64,000 bases of DNA from Eledone cirrhosa (Eukaryota), in the NCBI GenBank assembly GCA_964016885.1, contig OZ024741.1:344038001-344102000 (forward strand). Reading direction: 5' to 3'. How positions within the stretch are numbered: position 1 is the stretch's first letter; each line of letters opens with the position of its first letter. Below are positions 58,571-64,000 of the stretch, piece by piece. Position numbers and translations under genes: made by a program. The notes under the pieces were generated by a model that ran no database searches, was not told the DNA's origin, and saw nothing but the letters and a program-made list of their open reading frames with translations.

Positions 58571-59381
58571 TTTATTTTAGTTATTTTTATCCTTTTATAT
58601 TCTCATTTTAGATCTCTATTGTTCTCGTTCACAAAATATTTATAGGCATATATTTTTTTTCATTGCATTTCAATTCTGTGTACTATATTGTCTTTCTATT
58701 TTGGTGTGTTAGACTGGGGCTGGAGTTTTATCTTTATTTGTGTCATGTCCAGTTTCCAATGATATGATGTTCGGAGTAATAGATGGTGATGTTAGTGGTT
58801 GTAGCAACAAGTATTTTTTTTTTACCCTGTTTATTTTTTCCAGACACAGTAAATCTTATAGTCCTCGATGCATCAGAATAAATAGCTCCTGGGTCCTTTG
58901 CCTTTCACCATATCTAACGTTCACTTTATATGCGAATACGGTCAAGGAATAGTAATAGGCTTACAGATATTAATAGTATTTGTAGTGCATTCAATTTGGT
59001 ATCAATGATCTCTCGATGTTCTTCCAGGATCATTTATGATTCAGGGATGACTACCTCACGTATTTTGAACTCCCACATACTCACATATAAGATGCCACAG
59101 AAAAAAAAAACATACTATCGTTAACCTTCAGCTGTCTTCCTCTTTCTGGATAACTAACAGAAATACCCGGCCTGGTACTGCTGGCGCGTATCAGCCTGCC
59201 CCGTTCGAGAAAGAACCGTTGAGCAAGCGTTCATTCTGTGTATTAGCATTAATGACTAAACTATCATTATCCAAGATACTGTAGTGTTTATTTTAGTGTG
59301 GTAAGGGTGGGTTTAGCAGGAGTTAAGTTGAAGTATTACAAGGAGGGGTAAAATTTTAAAATTTTGTTCCTGTGATATAGA

Positions 59382-59721
59382 GGCGGCGAATTGGCAGAGT
59401 CGTTAGAACGTCGGATAGAATACTTCATGGTATTTGTTCCGGCTCTGTGCTCTCTGAGTTCAGATCTTGCCGATGCCAACTTTGCCTTTCATCCTTTCGA
59501 GGTCGATAAAAAAAGTACCAGTCTAGTACTGGGGTGGATTCTTCCTATTATCTCTTTCTCATTTCCTCTGTCTCTCACTATCTACCTTTCTCTGGAAGAA
59601 ATCTGCTCTACTCAGGGGCCGGGAGAAGGATCTGCTCTGCCAGGCTTAAAATGCCCAAGAAACGCCGTGTATCAATACGGCGTCCCTACGACTCTATCAG
59701 GAGTTACGGTACCATACATAC
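59382..59721 (+). mobile_element. Composite SINE (second copy, short CATA tail)
   Basis: Homologous to 52234-52583; TSD-like CCT(G/A)TGATAT at 59369 and 59721. Confidence 0.8.
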
Positions 59722-60011
59722 CTATGATATGCTGAATGGCGTGTTATCCATTATACTATTTTTGGCAGATCTTGATAGATTCTACATTTGGCACAAGGTG
59801 AGCAATTATGGGGTGAAGGGAAATTCGACTATATCGACCACAGTACTTGACTGGTATCTTATTTCATCAATCTGGAATGGATGGAAGGCAAAGTTGATAT
59901 CGGTGGGATTTGAACCTAGATCTTAACGATCAGTAACAAGTACTGCTAAGTATTTGTCTGTTACTATAGCGATTCTATCAATCCGCCGCTGTTTCCCGTA
60001 TTTATTAATTA

Positions 60012-61328
60012 CAATCCGGCCCGTCCGGCTGGCGCTCGGCTAGGTATATCGGCATTTTACCTTTTCAGGATTCCCCCATACACTCTAATGTACAGATAGC
60101 ACACGCCCTCTCAAGTCAGCGAGAGGGGGGGTAACGGGCTCTGATGTTGGGTTTGAATAGTTTTTAGGATTCCCCAGTTCAGCAGCCAGTACCTTAAAGA
60201 AAATTGATAGTCACAGCAATAAAGGCTCAACAGAGAACACATTTTTTAACAAACAATAATTTGTACAACCATAATGGAAATTCCAAATAACAGAAAATAT
60301 TTAAATTACATTGTTAGAGCCTCCGAGTATACAATATGTTTTGTTCGGCCCTCCGTAGCAAAGATGAAGAGATTGTTTGGCGAGCTAACCCTAGAGCATC
60401 CTACATATAATTGACCATGGAAGAATCACTGATCTCGTAGCTCGTCTCGCGGAGAAGGTCTGTAGACGTTGACCTCTGGACACTCTTGTCAGGAGCAGGT
60501 AAGCTGTAGTGACTTAGAGGCCTACCACCAATCTCCAGGACACTGTTTTCAAGACAAATGAACGCTCATTGAAAATGACATCGAATATTACGTTCGGATT
60601 GTGTCTGCGTGTGCGGTGGAGGATGTCCTCAGCTAGACTTTCGCGGTGGTTGTTCCGCATTGCGAGAGGGTCGGCAAGATCGCAGTTGTGCAGCATAATA
60701 GCAAAAGGTTTTCGCAGCTGAGAAGGGACTTTAGGGTGAGGTGCCAATGGCTGTCATCGTGTAACATACCACGCATCTGGCAAACCAAACGGTAAGTGGG
60801 ACATTGATGGCCATTGATGGTTCTCAGATCTTGGAAAGACTGTGGTCCTCTAACCACGAACAGTAACAATGACGATAAGCCGTCTGTGCTTTCGTGAAAT
60901 AAATAGATATTTGTTTTTGTGTATGCAAAAATATCTGTACACGAATATATATATTAAAATAACAGATTAAAGTTTAAGCAAAGAATCCTTAACGGAATCA
61001 TCTGAAACTAAAAGAACGCAGAAGTAAATATTTCGAAAAACGTTATCTAATGCAGACAGCCAGACATGCAGACTAAGAAAAAGAGGGGAATATTGTGCGA
61101 CGGCATAAGAAAAAGTGAGGAATGACGTATAACCGGAAGTGTTGACATTTGAAATTTTAAAGAAGTGAATATTTAAATAATGTCTTTAATCTTTTAACAA
61201 AATTTAGTAGACAAAAATACCCTCACTTGGAAAAGGTTACATCTATGGTGCAAATTTGGTGCTGTTTGGTCCAGCCGTTTGGCGGAAAGTTTGTTACCTA
61301 CATACGGCCGTCAGCTTTATAGTATAGA
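60012..61328 (-). mobile_element. Internally deleted Helitron of a second family
   Basis: 5' A|TCTATACTATAAAG at 61328. RepHel scraps VRGPQSFQDLRTING..CPTYRLVC (60633-60869) and HGQLYVGCSRVSSPNNLFIF..IVYSEAL (~60313-60420). GC hairpin near 60016-60040; the terminal CTAG is degenerate. Confidence 0.85.
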
Positions 61329-61995
61329 TGAGAACCTTCTTTACGAACTATCTTGAATTGTGTTTGAATTCACTTCAAAGTAATATATGAAAACAAATAT
61401 GCAATCTCTCATTGAAAAAATAAAATCGTGGTAAGATAGTAATTACGTGAGAATAATTTTAGTTACCTAAATATTTGTATATACTTCTTACCATTTTGAA
61501 TGGAAGCGTAGGTTACTCATGATATAAAATATGAAAACATTACTATATCTGATAAGTCCATATTCTCCAGCTAAACTTTCAGCAGTAAATTTACGTAGGA
61601 AGCACATTTAAAGGAAACCGACATGAGAATGTGTTCGATATTTCCTGTGCATTTAGACAAACATGTATTAAACATATCGAAATTATTAAAACTTTCTACA
61701 CCATATATGTATGTTCAACCATGTTTTATGCAGGTGCAGTCTGGCAAAATTTTATTTCACATAATATAAATCGAAAATTACAAAGATTGATGAATGAGAA
61801 GTCAGGTGTATCACCGGATATCGCTGCTGGACCTTATGAGTTTATTAATTCACGAAACTGGATTGTTACTAATAGACAACAATGTAAAATATTAGCCACA
61901 TAATATAGCAAAAATGCTATATAAAGAGATAATAACAAAAACATGTTCTAGGAAGACGATAGATATGGGAAACAACACATGTAAGTATCCATATC

Positions 61996-62151
<156 letters not shown>

Positions 62152-62198
62152 TTAAGGTACTCAATATATTAGTAGAGTGTAAACATCAAATGTAATAT

Positions 62199-62281
62199 AG
62201 AAATGGCTTCTACAGTACTAGAACTATTTCCTGGTGATTTCTTTCGAATCAAACACTTCTAGTCCTGTAGAAGCCATTTCT
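62199..62281. repeat. Inverted repeat upstream of the Penelope remnant
   Basis: AGAAATGGCTTCTACAGTACTAGAA / TTCTAGTCCTGTAGAAGCCATTTCT. Confidence 0.85.
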
Positions 62282-62284
62282 TTT

Positions 62285-62348
<64 letters not shown>

Positions 62349-62399
62349 AGTAAATCTACCAAAATATACGGTAGTATCCAATCCGTATGAAGAACTCAA

Positions 62400-63206
62400 T
62401 GTAATCCAAATGTAGAAGATATCATAAAGAGATGAAGAGAGGTGTATTCACAAGTTAATGATAAAAATCATAGGAAAACAGAGTCAAGATAAACGACAAT
62501 TCTTTGCTATCCTAGAGAAAAACTTCCCACCAAACCATCAAATTTTAAATAGATCTACTGTCAAATTTTCCTACTCCACTACCAAAAATATACAACAAAA
62601 TATAAGTGCGTACAATGCATATACATGTAAAAAAACCCATAAATATACCACCAACACATCAAACCAACCATAATAATACTAAAATAAACTGTAACAAACC
62701 ATCATCTGATTCACCTATAACAAGTCCTATAAACTCCACACCAAATTTGACTAACTCCCCTGATATAATATTTACGAATGGTTGTAACTGTAGAATCAAA
62801 GAAATTGCCCATTAAAAGAAAATTGTCTTATTAATAACATAGTCTATAAACGTAAAATCAGCACTAAGGACTCCACTCATTCATATATAGGAGCTACGTC
62901 TAACCAATTTAAAGTAAGATTTAATACCCACAAACAGTTTTAAAAATGCCGCATTAACTAATACAACATACTTGGCTGAAAAAAATTTATAATTATAGAA
63001 AGAAGAACATCGATTATAACCTGACCTGGAGCGTGCTCAAAAGGGCCACCCCTTATCAAAATAGCAGATACGAGTGTACGTTATGCTCCCAAAAACTTTT
63101 TGAAATCATGAAATCTAAGGATATCCTATTAAATAAGCGACAGGAATTAATTATATCTTACAATCATAGAATTAGAAGAACCTTCAAATATTATAAACCT
63201 AATTAA
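62400..63206 (+). mobile_element. Penelope-like element 3' remnant (linker plus GIY-YIG), frameshifted
   Basis: LNRSTVKFSYSTTKN, GCNCR, NCLINNIVYK..SYIGATSNQFKVRFNTH (62821-62937) and LTWSVLKRATPY..CTLC..LLNKRQEL. Confidence 0.85.
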
Positions 63207-63520
63207 TATATACCTTACTCTTATTTTTTACAAATTATTATAATTGTTTTTTTTTCTATTTAGTTAACCTATAATTAATATTTTACTAAAGAGAATTTTA
63301 TAATTTTATTACAGCTCTCTTTTCCTAAAATTACTTTTAACCACACTAGTTCAATTAATCGCATCGCCTATTTATCACATTTAATACCTATGATTATTAA
63401 ATATAATTATTATCTTTAATATCATCAATGTCCGTATAGATACAATACTCTTTATAAAAATGTTTATCTACTTCAGTTTTTCCATATATTTATTTTTTTA
63501 TTGCTTTAATTTCATACTTC

Positions 63521-63897
63521 TTTATTTATCACATTCATATGAATTAATATAATTTTATCCCTGTAAGTATACCTATAAATTAATTTAATTTCCTGTTATG
63601 AATCTAGAGTATTTTTAGTTTAAATAAGATTGGTATTTCTCACTAATACCCTTATCCCAAAATTTTATTTTCCTCGGTTCTTAACAACATTCTTTAATAA
63701 CATCAAATTTTTATTTATCACATTCATATGAATTAATATAACTTTATCCCTGTAAGTATACCTATCAATTAATTTAATTCCTTGTTATGTATCTAGATTC
63801 CTTGTGGTTTAAATAAGATTGGTATTTCTCACTAATACCCTTACCCCAAAATTTTATTTTCCTTCGTTTTTAACAACATTCTTTAATAATCAAATTT
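63521..63897. repeat. 189-bp tandem duplication
   Basis: TTTATTTATCACATTCATATGAATT.. starts at 63521 and again at 63710; the copies are mildly diverged. Confidence 0.9.
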
Positions 63898-64000
63898 TCA
63901 TGTACCCTTCACTATCTTCTTGACTTGACCTCATTTCATCCCCATTGTAGTCTTTTCATTCAAAGCATAAGTCTGCATTCCTCCACTCCTAGATTTAATT

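Noticed and set aside
58690-59090. Possible decayed LTR-retrotransposon pol fragment on the minus strand
   Set aside because: No intact diagnostic motif; many stops.

Overview
AT-rich, microsatellite-saturated eukaryotic intergenic or intronic DNA. The SINE families suggest an octopus/cephalopod genome (inference). No intact host gene is recognisable; most supplied ORFs are translations of (TA)n, (CA)n or (CT)n. Recognisable elements: a 5'-truncated Tx1/L1-type LINE (3100-5810, -); a near full-length but frameshifted Helitron (8928-14945, -) carrying an apparent piggyBac left end; three non-autonomous or deleted Helitrons; decayed RTE LINEs; two Penelope-like GIY-YIG remnants; about 25 tRNA-derived SINE copies; and TTAA, TA and hAT MITEs. 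The most striking unannotated signal is a set of about 15 type I hammerhead-ribozyme motifs of several sequence families. Several have intact cores, and one pair shows stem covariation. They sit in short non-coding repeats embedded in TA tracts, often as inverted duplications, consistent with non-autonomous Penelope-like or retrozyme-like elements. A second signal is a ~0.5-0.6 kb non-coding retroposon family that appears to target (TATG)n tracts and is nested in a SINE tail. All alignments and folds were read by eye, so boundaries are approximate.
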